A stretch of DNA of 64,000 bases. It comes from Chiloscyllium plagiosum (taxonomy: Eukaryota). The notes under the pieces are model-generated. The model ran no database searches and was not told the origin of the DNA. It saw nothing but the letters and a program-made list of their open reading frames with translations. The stretch covers positions 21,040,979 through 21,104,978 of the forward strand of contig NC_057719.1 of assembly GCF_004010195.1 (NCBI RefSeq), in the 5' to 3' direction. A program made the position numbers and the translations under genes. Below are positions 35,300 through 49,594 of the stretch, piece after piece (position 1 is the first letter of the stretch; each line of letters begins with the position of its first letter).

Positions 35300-38200
35300 A
35301 AGGTTATGGACATGTCGGCAATTTGCCATGTGTTGATCGGAGGAATGAACTACACAGAAAGCTCACTGAAGTAAAAACTATCAAAAATGGCAAAAGCTGG
35401 CCAACTACCAAATGCCTCAGAGGCGACAAGAAGAAACCGCATAAATGTGATGATTGTCCAACAGGTGGAGCTGAATGCTACAACTACACTCAAAAAATGT
35501 TCTCATTCCAAAACAGCATTCAGTGGCAGTAACAGCCAACACATTCATAAAATGCAATTAGATCCAGAAAAATGGGAGAATCACAGTCACAGAAGGTGGA
35601 CCTGTTCTGTCCTGAAGAAAAGTCATACCAGACTTGAAATGTTAATTTGGTTTCTTTCTCCCCAGATCTGTTGAGTGTCTCCAATAGTCTGTGTTTGTTG
35701 GGAATAGTCAGATCTGTGTGGATCTGACCCAACTCACAAAGCAGTACAACTGAAATCCATCCAAAGTCATTAGTGATGATATCCTAGCTAATTGACAGAG
35801 TACATTGTTCCCAAAATTAGATGCTAATAACGAATTTTGGCAAGCAGCTTTGGATCAGGGATCAAGGTTGCTAACTATTTTTATAATACCTTATGGTTGT
35901 TATTGCCTCAACAGACTACCCTTTGGCATAGCATCTGTGCCTGAAATATTCCAGAGGACTTTGCTCAACATATTGCGAGAGAAGGATGGAATAATATGCC
36001 ATATGGATGATATCTAATGCATGGTTCCACAAAGGAGAAGCATAATTGTAGATTATGGGAAGTTATGAGAGCATTCCAAGATGCTGGACTAACATAAATG
36101 ACTAATGTGATTTTGCAAAACATATGATCAAATTCTAAAGTTACAAAGTATGGTCTAGAGTAATAACAGATGATCCTCAGAGAACAAAACTATTAGGAAA
36201 TTTCTGCAAACCAGGAACTTAAGAGAGTGAAAAAAACGCTAAGGATAACAAACCTAGTTAGTCAATTCATACGTAAATTGTAAGCAGTTAGCAAACCATA
36301 TGAACATACAAACTCAGAGCAGGATTAGATCATTTGGTCTTTGAACCAGTTCTGTTATTCAACAAGAACATGGTTGATCTGATTTTCCAATTTTTTATCT
36401 CTCTGTGATAATCCTTCACCGCCTTTGTTTATTAAGGATCTATCTACTTCGGCCTTCTGAAGATTCAAAGACTCTGCCTCCATCTTTTGAGAAAGAGTGT
36501 TCTAAACACTCACAGCCCACTGTGAGAGAAAAGACATTCTGTCTCCACTTTGTTTGAACATATTGACAAACCATCGAGGACACTGTTGAGATAAGGCCAG
36601 AGTGCCACTGGAATTACAATCAGAGAAAGCACTAGGAATTTGTTAACTTCAATTCCAACATTATTTATACATTATGACCCATTATTATTAACTGTAATCG
36701 CTATAAGTGTAGCATTCACAGGTTGTTTACATATGATAAATGCAGGAAGATAGAAAACAAAGGGTTGTTAATCATGCTGCGAAGTCTCTATCAAAAACAG
36801 AGAAAAGTTACTTTACAATCGCAAAAGAAGCACTGGTCACGATGTGCAAGAAATTCTCTGACCTGGGTGATAATGCAAGATTGAAATAAATCACAAACTA
36901 TTGATTACTTTTCTCAACGTGCAGGAAATTGCAAAGATGCTGCCTTACATTCAGTGATCCCAATTATGCTGGATGATGCACAATTCAATCACGAGAACTA
37001 CAAGAGAACTGTCAATCAACAGCAAATAATTAGGGTCGCATAGTTGCTTAGTAGTTAGCACTGTTGCCTCACAGGTACCCTGGTTCAATTCCACCTCAAG
37101 TGACTGTCTATTTGGAGTTTGCACATTCCCGCCATGTCTAACCGTTTTTCTTCTAGGTGCTCTGGTCTCCTCAAGATGCTCTAATTAAGTAGGTTGGCCA
37201 TGCTAAATTGCCCATAGTGTCCAGGGATTTATAATTAGGTGGACTAGCTTTGGGAAATACAGGTCAAGGTAGGGGGTTGGGTTTGGGTCAGATGGTCTTC
37301 AGAGGATCGATGTGGACCCGACGGGCCAATTCTATGAATGTATTAAGTCTACCACTAGAAGAAGTTGAAAACAAGATTTGGAGTTAATTAGGATTGTTAC
37401 TTGAACTGCATTCAGAAATGTTCACAACATCAGGTCCAAAAACCTTATGAGCATTAGATTTTTTAAAAATTGGAAGAGGTTTGAGGACCTCACAATAGTG
37501 ATGAAAAATGTGTCAATGTTAAAGGATATAACCAGGATGGATAGCCAGCATTTTCCACAGGTTCACCATAATAAGACCACCTCTATTGAATAATGAAAGC
37601 ATCTGATGATTCCAGATGACTTATTAGTCATTGATATAAGTTGGTGATGGCTAAACAACTCAAAGTGCTCCAAAAATACATGAAGGTCATCTCAGAATAT
37701 TAACATCTTGTACAAGCACCCAACAATCAATTTCAGGGACTACCCATTTGATTGAGAAATTATATTCAATTGTCAAATTGGTGCTATCAACAACAGGAAC
37801 AGAGAAAAAAAACTTGTACTATTGCCATCAAGGACCTTGGTATAGACTAGGAATAGGCTTATTTGAGTGTAATAGAAAAATATTTGTCAGCATTATCAAA
37901 TATTATTCAAAGGAGAATTTTTGAATTAATGGTACAGATTCACAATGGACACAGTGATAAAATCATCAAAACAAATCTATTCACCTCATGTACTGCTGAC
38001 CTGGTTGCATCCAACAACAGACCACAATTCACAAAGGAGCAATGTAGAGACTATGACAAAGAATCTGGCATGTGGTCAGTTCCCCTTGTTACCCACAAGC
38101 AAACAGTGAAGCACAAAGAAAAGTCAAAACTACAAAAGGAATCCTAATGAAAATAAAGAAAGATATTAATTCTGCCCTGTTTAATCAATGCCATTGTAAA

Positions 38201-38350
38201 GTGGTTATATCCAGCAGAAACTTTAAGAGGTGAAGACTGCAAACATAGCTTCCATCATCATCGGGAAAGTTAAAACCACGTATTATCATGCAAGATATGA
38301 TAGAGTGAGAAAATGTGAGGGAATTTAAAAAGACAAACAAACTAAGAACT
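35300..38350 (+). mobile_element. Decayed Ty3/Gypsy LTR-retrotransposon pol, with nested CR1, SINE and PLE pieces
   Basis: ICVDLTQL (~35712), KLDANNEFWQ..RLPFGIASVPEIFQR..ICHMDD (35805-36017), integrase-like SNNRPQF (~38010). Confidence 0.75.
37033..37340 (+). mobile_element. HE1-type V-SINE, diverged
   Basis: agttagcactgttgcctcacag..ggttcaattcc..ggagtttgcacattc..ggccatgctaaattgccc. Confidence 0.8.
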
Positions 38351-38375
38351 TCATTTCCTGCCATTTGTTGTGATT

Positions 38376-38601
38376 GTAATGAGGTCAGCCCAATGGACCT
38401 CATAGAATATGAGTTCCTTGATTGGGGCTGTTAATCTGGTCCAGTCAGGGAAGCCCTGGCTATCATAGATAACCAGGAGTGTCAGTCATTCTGATACTCT
38501 GAAAGCTGTCTCTGAGGAAGGTGGACTAATGTCAAGGACTTTCCACATGTAAATGAAGGGTCACTTGGTGACAGGATACCGGCCTCTGTTGAGTTATTTC
38601 A
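38376..38601 (+). mobile_element. Possible solo LTR
   Basis: 226-bp TG...CA segment (tgtaat...atttca); no convincing TSD. Confidence 0.3.
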
Positions 38602-39059
38602 CTATTGAGTGACAGAGATGCCAATTATTTAGCTGAAGAAAGAGTATAGATCGAAAACTAATAAAAAGGAGCAACTCCAGAAAAAAAACAGCAACAAAGA
38701 TCTTATTTGGTGGCCTATTATTATCAATAGACGTCAGAGAAGCTAAGTATCCTTGAAAAGAAAACCAATATAAATATCAACATACTAGTCTTGAAGAGAG
38801 GAGACTGACTGAAAACTCTTGTGATGTTGATTTGAATTATGTTGTCATGATTTGGAAACTTGCATTTTAAAATGGAGAAGCACAAAGAAGAGTCAGAACT
38901 ATAAAATAAGTCCCCCTCATTTTGCACCCCACTGATTTTGCTGTGAGCCCCCCAAAATTTTGCACTCAGTCACCTTTTGCAGACTCTGCCCCTCAATGTT
39001 TCAATTCTGTGAAGATGATGTATTTCTTTATAAATAAATGTCTGAATCACACAAAAATA

Positions 39060-39770
39060 ACAAGCATCCAAGTTCAACATATGATAGGGGAGACAAGTGA
39101 AATACTAGATTGGTGCTTCAAACGGATTGGAGTACAAAAGTGGGGAGTTTTTGCAAAAGCTCTTGCAAAACATCCCCATTTTTATACTGCATCCTTTTGA
39201 AGCAAGGTCCAGTATTACATTTGTCTTCCCTATTAGGCACAGGTCAGACCATAGTGGAATACCATGAACAGTTTTGGCTCTGTTATCAATGACACGCTAG
39301 CATTGGAGACAATCCAGAGGAGGTTCCAGAGAAGCATATACCAAATTTGGAGAACTTCTTATAAGAAGAATTTAGAAGAATGACAGACATTTTTGAAACA
39401 TATAATATCCTTAGTACAATTGACAAGGAAGATGCGGAATGGTTGTTTAAGCTTGTGGGATTGTCTAGGAATAGAGAGCACAATCTCAGAATAAGGGGTC
39501 ATAAATATGAGACAGAGACGATAATGAATCTGCGCTATTCTTCACGGTAGAAGGCTGCTGTTGGGTCACTAAGTACATTCAAGACTGAGATTAAAGTAGA
39601 TATAGATTTTTTGTCAGAGCTTTCATCAGTAAAGGAATCAAAGTTTGTAGGGAAAAGTCAGAAAAATGGAGTTGAGCATTACCAGACATGTTCCAAACTT
39701 ATTGAATGGCAAAGCAGACTTAATGAGCAGAATTACTTACTTCTGCCTCATGTATTTATGGTCTTACAGT
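39060..39770 (+). mobile_element. Old CR1 3' fragment
   Basis: gtcagacca..tggaatacc..cagttttggctc (VRP.LEY..QFW) and 3'UTR remnants. Confidence 0.65.
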
Positions 39771-41484
39771 TTTATCATCCTAAAGTCATTTTCAAGCACC
39801 AAACTAAAGACAGCTATTGCAAGAAAGTATGTGACTTGAGTTAAGGGATTGAATTATCTACACGAGTAGTTAATTGCTGAGTCTTTGCAAAGTTGACCTT
39901 GTATGACGTACAGAGAAATAAATGGTCAGGTCAACTCATAGGTTGAGTTCAGAAGAATAGAAGTCATTCTAACAGAATGGGGGGAGATTGAAGTTATGTA
40001 ATAAGTTCCAGGTCAGAACTGGAAAGAGGTTTTCAGGCTGTCAGAGTTGAAAAGCAGATTTAAGTCATTTGTAATCCAGGAAGAAAGGCTGGAAAGAGTC
40101 ATTTTAATAAGAAATCTTCAAGTGAAGGTCGTACTAAAACTTCACTAGGGTTGAGTTGCGAAAAGGATATTGTTGGAAAAGGGTTGAATGTTTATTTTTG
40201 CATTTTATGTTAAGGTGATTCAAAATGATCAGATATATTCTTTTTGTAACCTTGTGTGTCACAAACTTTTGGTTTTTAAAAATGGTCATCAGTAGCCTGC
40301 GAGCATGTGATTTATGATCTGTCCAGTCAGGTTTCAGATTGGGATCTGACTAGTCAGAGCTGATTATCAACTGGGATCATAATACTCTATACATTCCCAA
40401 GAAAGGTACATTCAAACCAAGAGAAGGGGGAATGAAACAAACTATAAACTCAAGTCACAAATCCAAAGGAGATCAGGGAAAGTTGTAAAAACCCCAGACA
40501 CTAACATTTCAGGTAACACTTGAGGTTCTTGAGGGGAGATGGCAGGAAATGCAACCAATGGACCAATGGAGGAGATGTGGAGTATTGGGGTAAAACATGA
40601 ATCGCAGGGATCAACCTCAACCCTGAGCTCTCAGGGGGTGAGTTTACAAACCCATTTTATGGGTATTAGAAGAAGATGATTCATATACAGAAAACTCTGA
40701 CAAAGAGAAAGGCTTGTCTCTTCAGAGGTTCTCTCCTGGATGAGAGTGGTGCATGTTGCAAACGTCTTTTACAGGGGAGCCTCTCCAAATCCCTTTCAAA
40801 AGCAACAAGTATAACGATGATGTAAAATCACGAGTGGAAAAGAAATTGAAGTGGTATTATTTGGAGGAGATTCTGAGATGATGTCAAACTGTCACTGTGT
40901 ATATATAAATTTGTGGAAATAAAAAGTCATTGTTAAGTTATTTCAGACTGAAGCAGTCATCTGAAAGTCAGTTCTTCCCCATCACCCCATCCACAAGATG
41001 AAACATTCCTAGCTGGCGGGAAAGCTACTTGGAAACATTATCTTCCACTTTCCTTGCAGACTCCTCATTTTGCTATATTCCAGCTGAGTCTCATTAAATG
41101 AATGAAAATTTGGTTTCCACAGCAGAGAAAACGACCAAGAAACAAGTGTGGTACATAACAACAGTCAGGGGGACTCCATCTCTTGTGTTAAGAAATCCCA
41201 CACTTTTGCCTCTTAAAGCCCCAACCACATTCGCTCCATTGCCATCTGTGTAGTACCCATTCCTGGACGTTGCTAGGCTCCAGAAGCAAGTGATGGTGGT
41301 CCTTGAGCTTCCGATCTGTCCAATATGTTGCTAAAACCTGTGGCAGTCAGCAGACTTTCTGCCTGAACCAGTGATTTTCAGATCAAGCAAACTGAAAGAA
41401 AAAGATAGCCAGGTGGGATCATTCATTATTCCCAAATAAAAGCAAAATACTAAACCTTCTCCTCTGATTTTTGCTGCACTTCAG

Positions 41485-42012
41485 TCCCATCCTCTTGATC
41501 TTTGGGCACCTGGTGCGGAGGGGGGGAAGGTCGGTCAGAGGACCTCCTCCTAGGTGTGCTTCTGGGCCTGGGCCTAGCTGGCCATGAACAGGTCCAGGCA
41601 GCTGGTTGTGGAGGGGGTCATTAGGGCCGACTGCCTGCCCCTCTTCCGTGGGTACATTCAAGCCTGGATGTCTCTGGAGAAGGAGCACACGGTGTCTACC
41701 AACACCCTTAAGCTGTTCAAGGAGAGATGGGCACCACAGGGAGTGGACTGTATTATTTCCCCGTCCAACTCTATTTTGATTTAATCCCTTCACTGTTTGA
41801 TTACACGGCATTACCCTTTGATGTGAAGGGCACTGCTTGTCACTGGCCACCTGGGTGTTTCCTTTCTTCCTGGTGGTGGAAACTGAATAAAGATTTGTAC
41901 ACCTGTTGTCTTTCACTGTGTCTCACATCTGCACATGCACAACATGAGTGCTGGGGAAAACATAAGCACTACTGCTGTTAGGCGATAGTATGGGGGAGGG
42001 GAATTAAAAAAA
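41485..42012 (+). mobile_element. Tx1/L1-like non-LTR retrotransposon 3' end
   Basis: ORF2-like C-terminus LAMNRSR..LEKEH..FKERWA, followed by AATAAA (41886) and an A-rich end. Confidence 0.5.
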
Positions 42013-42749
42013 AGAAAAATACTGCAATGTGCAGGCTACATGCAGGGCTACAGTGATAGGGTAGGGGTTAGGTCTGGATGGGATGGTCTTCGGACGGTCA
42101 GTATCAACTCAATGATCCGAATGGCCTGCTTCCACACTGTAGGGATTCTATGATTCTGTGCTAGAGGTCTTAAAGAGAATCAAAAAATGTTGTAGAAATT
42201 CAGCAGATGTGACAGCATCAGTGGAGAGCAAAACCGAGCCTAATATGACTCTCCTCTGAAACTTATCATTCTTATTGGCTCCCTCCCAGGAGTGGAACTT
42301 GGCACCCGATCTGCACCCTCAGACAAAATGGGCTAAATTCTATGAGATAGAGGGAGTCCCCAGGTTGTGAATGACTGCTGTTCTTGAGTCCGTTTGTAAG
42401 TTGTTTTGTACACAAGTTGGAACACAGTGTAGTACAATATAAAATAGCCATTCATGCGTTGGATCTTTAAAATTAATATCAATACATCCCAGTAGGGGAT
42501 TATGTTTGTAAGTACTAAGGAAGGCAATAACCTACTGGTATAGTTGTCCAGGATCTGTGATGGAGGCAGGGAGTGATCTGGATGTTTCCTGTTCTTTTGG
42601 CTGTTTTTTAAAAATTTCTGCTTCTGTTTTTATTCCTGTCTTTTGTATACTACGATGGTGCCAGTGAATGGCAACTTTGTACACTTTTCACTGTACTCCT
42701 GTATTCCTGTTGTCGAGCACATGTGACAATAAAATCTAAATCTCTTCAC

Positions 42750-42995
42750 CTAGAAGCTCAGTAATGTTCTGGGTGCCTCGGTTCAATGCCCACAACAGCA
42801 AATTGTGGAGTTTGAATTCAATTTTAAAAATATCTGTAAATAAGAATCTGCAGATGACTATGAAACCATGGCCGATAGTCAGAAAAATCTATCTGGCTCA
42901 TTAAAGTCCTTCAGGGAAGGAAATCTGCCATTTGGTCTGACCTAGATGTGGCTCCAGGCTGACAGCAGTGTGGTTGACTCTCAATGCTCTCTGAA
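42750..42995 (+). mobile_element. SINE of the second family (as at 9878)
   Basis: ggttcaatgccc B box; gtccttcagggaaggaaatctgcca..gtggttgactctcaa. Confidence 0.65.
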
Positions 42996-44447
42996 ATTCA
43001 TAAACCTGACTGTCCCAGTCGACCCATCATCTCAGCCTGCTCCTGCCCCACTGAACTTATCTCCGCATACCTTGACACTGTCCTGTCCGCACTGGTCCAG
43101 GATCTCCCCACATACATTGGGGACACCATCCACGCCCTCCACCTCCTCCACGACTTTCCGTTCCCCAGCCCCCAATGCCCCATCTTCACCATGGACATCC
43201 AGACTCTGTACACATCCACCTGCCATGACAAAGACCTCCAAGCCCTCCATTTATTCCTGTCATGCCGACCCAACCAGTACCCTTCACTGACACACTCATT
43301 CAATTGGCTGAACTGGTCCTCACCCTCAACAATTTTTCCTTGAAATCCTCCCACTTCATTCAGACCAAAGGGGTAGTCATGGGATCCTACATGGGCCTTA
43401 GCTATGCCTGCTTTTTTGTTGCAAACATGGAACAACCCATCTTATGTTGTTTCACTGGCACCATTCCCAACCTTTCCTTCCACTACCTCGATGACTGCAT
43501 CAGCGCCACCTCGTGCTCCCATGAGGAGGTTGAACAGTTCATCAACTTCACAAACACCTTCCACCCTCAAGTTTATCTGGACCACCTCCCTTCCTCTTCT
43601 TGGCCCTCTCCATCTCCATTTCCAGTGACTGACTCAACATGGACATCTAATTCAAACCCACCAACTCCCACAACTACCTAGACTACACCCCTTCCACCTT
43701 GCCTCCTGTCTATCCCTTACTCCTAATTCCTCCTCCTCCGCAGCATCTGCCCCAGAGGGACCAATTCCACTCCAGGACATCCCAGATGACCTCCTACTTC
43801 AAGGACAGCAATTTCCTCTCTCATGTGGTCGATCATGCCTTCCAGCGCATCTCCTTCATTTCCCACACCTCTGCCCTTGAATCCTGCCCTTCCAACCACT
43901 GGTTGTCACCTTCCACCCCATCATCCTCTGCCATTTCTGCCATCTACATTCAAACCCTACTACCAGATCTATATTTCCCTCCCCACCCATTTCAGCATTC
44001 CGCAGAGACAATTCCCTCCGCGACTTTCTTGTTAGGTCCATGCTAACCCACCAACCCACCCTCCACTCCCATCACTCTCCCTTGCCACTGCATGAGGTGT
44101 AAAACCTGTGCTCACCCCAACCCCCTCACCTCCATCTAAGGCTCTAAAGGATCCTTCCACATCCAGCAGAGATTTTCCTGCACATCCAAACATCTCTTGA
44201 TGTGGTTTCCTCTAAACTGGGGGGACAGGACGTCAACTTGCGGAATGTTTCAGCAAACACCTCTGAGACATAGACCCTGTAGCCGATCACTTCAACTCCC
44301 CCTGCCATTCCACCAAGGACATGCAATCCTGAGCCTCCTCCACCGCCAAATCCTAGCCACCCGATGACTGGAGGAGGAACACTTAATCTTCCACTTTGGG
44401 TCCCTCCAATCACATGAAATCAATGTCGATTTCTTGAGTTTCCTCAT
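42996..44447 (+). pseudogene. Decayed PLE family A-like RT + GIY-YIG
   Basis: IHKPDCPSRPIISAC, TMDIQTLYT, GVVMGSYMG.SYA, HYLDDCI, CMRCKTC. Confidence 0.88.
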
Positions 44448-47400
44448 AAGTGAAACTTAAGACTTAAGTGGCCAGTGGCAGGCCTTTATTGGGAGCAAGG
44501 ACGCTGGTGAAGTGCAAGTCCTACCACCAAGAGATGCTGGACAAGCAGAACATTGCAGGTCTTATGAGTGGTACCACTATTGATGAGGCTTTGGATGGTG
44601 CAAGGGCCATAGCTACCAGATGCTCAGGAACAAGGAGCGAGCCAGGTTGCAGGTAGGTAATGACAAAAAGTGTTTCACAGGAAGGGGGTTAAGCAGAGGA
44701 GGGGTGTAAGCTAAATGGGCAGCAGCAAAGGCACGCGTGGCTTTCATGTTGAACACCTAATTCCTGATATCATTTCCCTTGATTAGGCAACAATTTTTTT
44801 TGAACAAGGAATCCCATTCACTGCCAGCCACAGACAGCACAACTTAGCCACACAGTTTTACCCATAATTCATGCCGCATTTCAATAGCACCTAACCCCAC
44901 GCACCCCCACATCACCACCTCCCCAACTTCTGGGCAGCTGGTCACTAGTTGTCCATTCAAGGACTTCAACTGGCAGTAACACAGGAAGTCTAACCACAAA
45001 CTAACCTTTCCCCCTCCCCAACTTAATGCTGGCAGAAGCAGGGAATTGACAGGGCTCCTGAACATACACCATTCCTTCTAAATAAATGCTCTTCCTGCCC
45101 CCCAAAATACCATGAGATGCCATAAAATTCCACCACCTATGGGAAATATAGTTCTCCCCATCTTCAAATGTACTTAAGTTACAAATGTATGGAGTCTCCC
45201 AGCAGAGAAAATTCCAATTGCAAATATGAGTTGTTGGATTGCGTTACAACAGAGAAACATATAACATACATCAACAGACGCATGAATAAAGCTTATATTT
45301 ATCTCCTTTCCAGCCTGTAGTCAAATCTTATCCCATCGATATTTTTCTTGTATGAAGAATAGATCGTCTCACTAAAATTATATACTTGGATGGATGCTAA
45401 CAGTTGGAACTGAGAGCCGAATAGAAAACACAATCTTTGTCCTACTTTCAGCACTGAATATTCCCTTGTTACAACTAAATGCAATATTGGAGTATTAATA
45501 GGCCACTTGCCATTTTGCATTTCATTATTGATTGGCCCTTAAAGCTTCCAGAAAGTAATGAGTCCAACTTAAAAACATTACTTTTGCAATTCTGGTAATA
45601 GAATACTGGGAACCAAAATCAATTTGGAAATATTTGAGAGAGAAACAAGGTTTTTTTTAAAGAATTGAAACATTAATTACAGCCTTTAATGTAGTATTAT
45701 AATAATTCAACTCGAACCACAAAAGACATATGAAATTCAAATGTGTTGACAGCTTTTCTTTTAAAGTACATCCCTTGTCCTTGAGTGATGTGGGCCTTGG
45801 TGAGCCATTAGGGAAGATATGGCAAAATTGACAGAAATGACATCCGCAAAGGTGAAAGCACAAATTCTTATTCTCCAAAAAATGTTTTGTAACAGTGAGA
45901 TGAGAATTGGTTCAAGGCCTATTTACATCCATTTGCATGCAATTATTACCTAATCTCACCTCATTGATAATCAACTTCCTATTCTACCAGCTGCCACAAG
46001 GAAACTAAACATTATCAGTTCCCAACATGAAAGTCAGAGAGGGTCCTGGGTAACTTCAGCTTACTGATTGCCATCTTGGATACCTATCTCCAAGGTCTTA
46101 GGGAACACCCATTGGGCGGTGATCATATGTATCCAGATGCACAAGTGCTAGCATCTGACATGTGCCAGCCTCCCCCCATTATCACAGCACATTTCCAACT
46201 CCATTCCTCTTTCCTTCTGCAGGGCTGTGCTGGATTTCAGAAGGCATCAGCAATTGTCAATGTCATATTGCTGAAAGGATAGTTTTATCCAGGGACAAGC
46301 ACCCAGCTCACAGATTGCACCAGTCTGTATTTCATGGCTGCTTGCTTATTCTGTTTGTGCTCACTCACTTTAAGCTGATCTGGAAGTTCACTGCCTTGTG
46401 ACCTTGTCTTGCCTTGTCTTTCTGCAGTGTGCTCCTGAGCCAGAGCTGTCAGGGTCACAGTACTTCTGTTTTGCATATTATTTAGATACAAAGCCAGCAA
46501 GCTTGCCATGGATGTTAGCAGTCATCAGTCACATCAAGGCAGGAGGTCCAGCACAGTACGTCCAGGGTAAACCCTGGTAGCAGTCCAGGCACTTGGAATC
46601 GGTCAGTTTGCTGGTCGGAGTGATCGTTTCCTTGTGAGGGGTGAAGATCTGAATGACACACGGCCCACATCTCACCTTGACTCTTTCTGCCCTGTTGTGG
46701 ACAGTGTTCTCATGGAATGAGCGAAAAGGGAAATGTTAAGGGAGATGAAAGTGGGTGGCACAACTGTTAGCGCTTTTGCCGAGGAGAAAGATGGTGAGGT
46801 GTTCCAAGGGAATGAGTAGGCAGTACAGCACACCTGCAGAGTTACCAGTCTGTAGGAATTGTTTAGATGAGAGCAAATATGAGAAGATGCTGCATGCCAC
46901 AGTGAGACAGGTAGAGCATGAGCTTTGGTGGGAGGTGGATACAATAACAGAGATAGAGTGTGTGGAAGTAGACAGAAGATAGAGGCACTTACCCTAGTGG
47001 AACAGAGAAGGTCATTGATATTCATTCTACATTTAGCCAAATCTCTAAAACCTCTCTGCCCTGGGTAGTAACCTCAGAGCAGGTTGACATGGTCTGGTGT
47101 TTTGGTTTCCTCTCACTATCCTGTGGGAACAGGAGGTCCCTTGTCTGCAGCAGCACATTCAGCAGGACCCCGAATGCCTGTCCCCACAGCAGGATGCCAC
47201 ATTCTCTTTATTGACCAGGGGAAACGTCAGGAGTCATATCAGACAGCTCCGGGCTGAATGTGATTGTTTGTCTGCACAAGAGTTAACCACAGATGGTGGT
47301 TTCTGCCCTTGTTTTTTGTTTCTTTTTCATTGGAATGCATTTATTCTGTGCATTATGAAATATTCCCTTAAATGTCAGCTACTGTGTCTCTACTCACTAT

Positions 47401-48614
47401 CCCATTACCTAATTTGCCAGTTCACTTCAGCTCTGTTTTCCTGGCCTCATAATTGCCCTTATCTAACATACCGGTCATGGACCTACCCCTTTCTCTCTCA
47501 AACTGAATATAAAATTCCATCCTATTATGGTTACCACTAGTGAGGACAACTTTTCGATGAGGCTATTCCTTTAACCTTGCTTGTTGCACAACACCAGGCT
47601 TGGTGTAGCCTGCTCTCTGGTCAAAACCAGAGTGTGCTGTTCTAAGAAACTATCCTGAAAACATTCTGTGAATGTCTCACCTTGGCTACCTTTGTCCATT
47701 TTTCTTTTGTCTCGAGACAGAGTAAATTTCCCCACATTGATCGCTGTGCTGTTCTGACAAACTTCCATTCTTTATTCTTCTACTCAATTCTATCCATTGG
47801 TTGCCCCTTATCTATTTTAATAGTTACACCCTCTGTTCTCCAGGACCACTGTTCATTTTCTAGGCAGGTGTATAAAACTGATAGGCAAGCTAGAGACAGG
47901 GTTCTGTGCAGCTGGTGCTGAACTACAGCTGCTTGCTTCAGGCAGCTGCAGTGTAATCACATGCACTGATTTGCACACAAAATTGGGTAGAAAACAGACT
48001 GGAAATGTTTGTGGTATTCTGAAACGTTAAAAGTGAACTAAAACACAAGCTTCCAAATTAGATCATTCTCCCAAACAAAATAAAAAGCTTAGCTGACTAC
48101 AAAATGACTGGCAGCTTTTGTTTCAGATTTGACACAGTAACGACAACTTATATACACGTCTTGTGGACTGGAGCGGTTGAACTCCAGTCACATCCATACC
48201 TCACTTTGTCCAGCTCACATAACAATGAGAAAGGAATGGCATTTTCAGTGGATAATAAATAGGTTTACTCTCATGCAACACCCATTGAGCTCAAAACTCT
48301 TCAAATTTCAGCCAGTTTGTTATCTCAGTTGAAGGACATGCAAAGTGAAACCTGAACTTACATTATATTTTCAAGAACCTATCTCTGTTAACAAACAAAA
48401 TTGCTTTGCTGGTAGCAGGGTTTTGAACTGAACATGTAAGTGGTTAGGAAAAATAAATGTGAGCAGGAAACCACTGTTACTGCGCTGTGTAAAAGTACCA
48501 AGCCAAAAACTTATTCTGGTTATGTGCAGGATTGAACATTACAAGGATGGATATTTGCAAGTCAAGACTAATGATATCACTTGATTATTTCTTTTTGCTG
48601 AGGGAATTGCTTTT

Positions 48615-49594
48615 ACAAACCCACTGACTCCCACAGCTACCTGAATTATACCTCTGCCCACCCTAACTCCTGCAAAAATGCCATCCCGCATTCCCAATTC
48701 CTCCGCCTCCACTCTATCTGCTCCCAGGAGGACCAGTTCCACCACAGAACACACCAGATGGCCTCCTTCTTTAGAGACCCGCAATTTCCCTTCCCACATG
48801 GTTAAAGATGCCCTCCAATGCATCTCGTCCACATCCCGCACCTCCGCCCTCAGACCCCACCCCTCCAACCGTAACAAGGACAGAACACCCCGGTGCTCAC
48901 CTTCCACCCTGCCAATCTTCACATAAACCAAATCATCCGCCGACATTTCCGCCACCTCCAAANNNNNNNNNNNNNNNNNNNNNNNNNNNNNNNNNNNNNN
49001 NNNNNNNNNNNNNNNNNNNNNNNNNNNNNNNNNNNNNNNNNNNNNNNNNNNNNNNNNNNNNNNNNNNNNNNNNNNNNNNNNNNNNNNNNNNNNNNNNNNN
49101 NNNNNNNNNNNNNNNNNNNNNNNNNNNNNNNNNNNNNNNNNNNNNNNNNNNNNNNNNNNNNNNNNNNNNNNNNNNNNNNNNNNNNNNNNNNNNNNNNNNN
49201 NNNNNNNNNNNNCCTTGGAACACTTCAACCCCAGGGCATCAATGTGGACTTCAACAGTTTCCTCATTTCCCCTTCCCCCACCTCACCCCAGTTCCAAACT
49301 TCCAGCTCAGCACTGTCCCCATGACTTGTCCTACCTGCCTATCTTCTTTTCTACCTATCCACTCCACCCTTCCCCCCCGCCCCATCACCTTCATCCCCCC
49401 CCCCACTCACAAATTGTACTCTATGCTACTTTCTCTCCACCCTTCAGGCTCTCTGCCTGTATTCCTGATGAAGGGCTTTTGCCCGAAACGTCGATTTTAC
49501 TGCTCCTCGGATGCTGCCTGAACTGCTGTGCTTTTCCAGCACCACTCTAATCTAGAATCTGTGTTCCAGCATCTGCAGTCATTGTGTTTTACCT
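48615..49594 (+). mobile_element. PLE family A-subfamily 5'-truncated copy with tail; spans a gap
   Basis: YKPTDSHSYL RT-thumb motif; 10-bp TSD aattgctttt 48605-48614 / 49595-49604. Confidence 0.9.
49461..49496 (+). ncRNA. Minimal type-I hammerhead ribozyme (family A)
   Basis: auuc-CUGAUGA-A-GGGC-uuuu-GCCC-GAAA-CG-UC-gauu. Confidence 0.88.

Noticed and set aside
39830..40385. Possible solo LTR
   Set aside because: No second copy, TSD, PBS or PPT could be shown
47097..47540. 147-aa ORF
   Set aside because: GTG start, no motifs, composition typical of non-coding DNA
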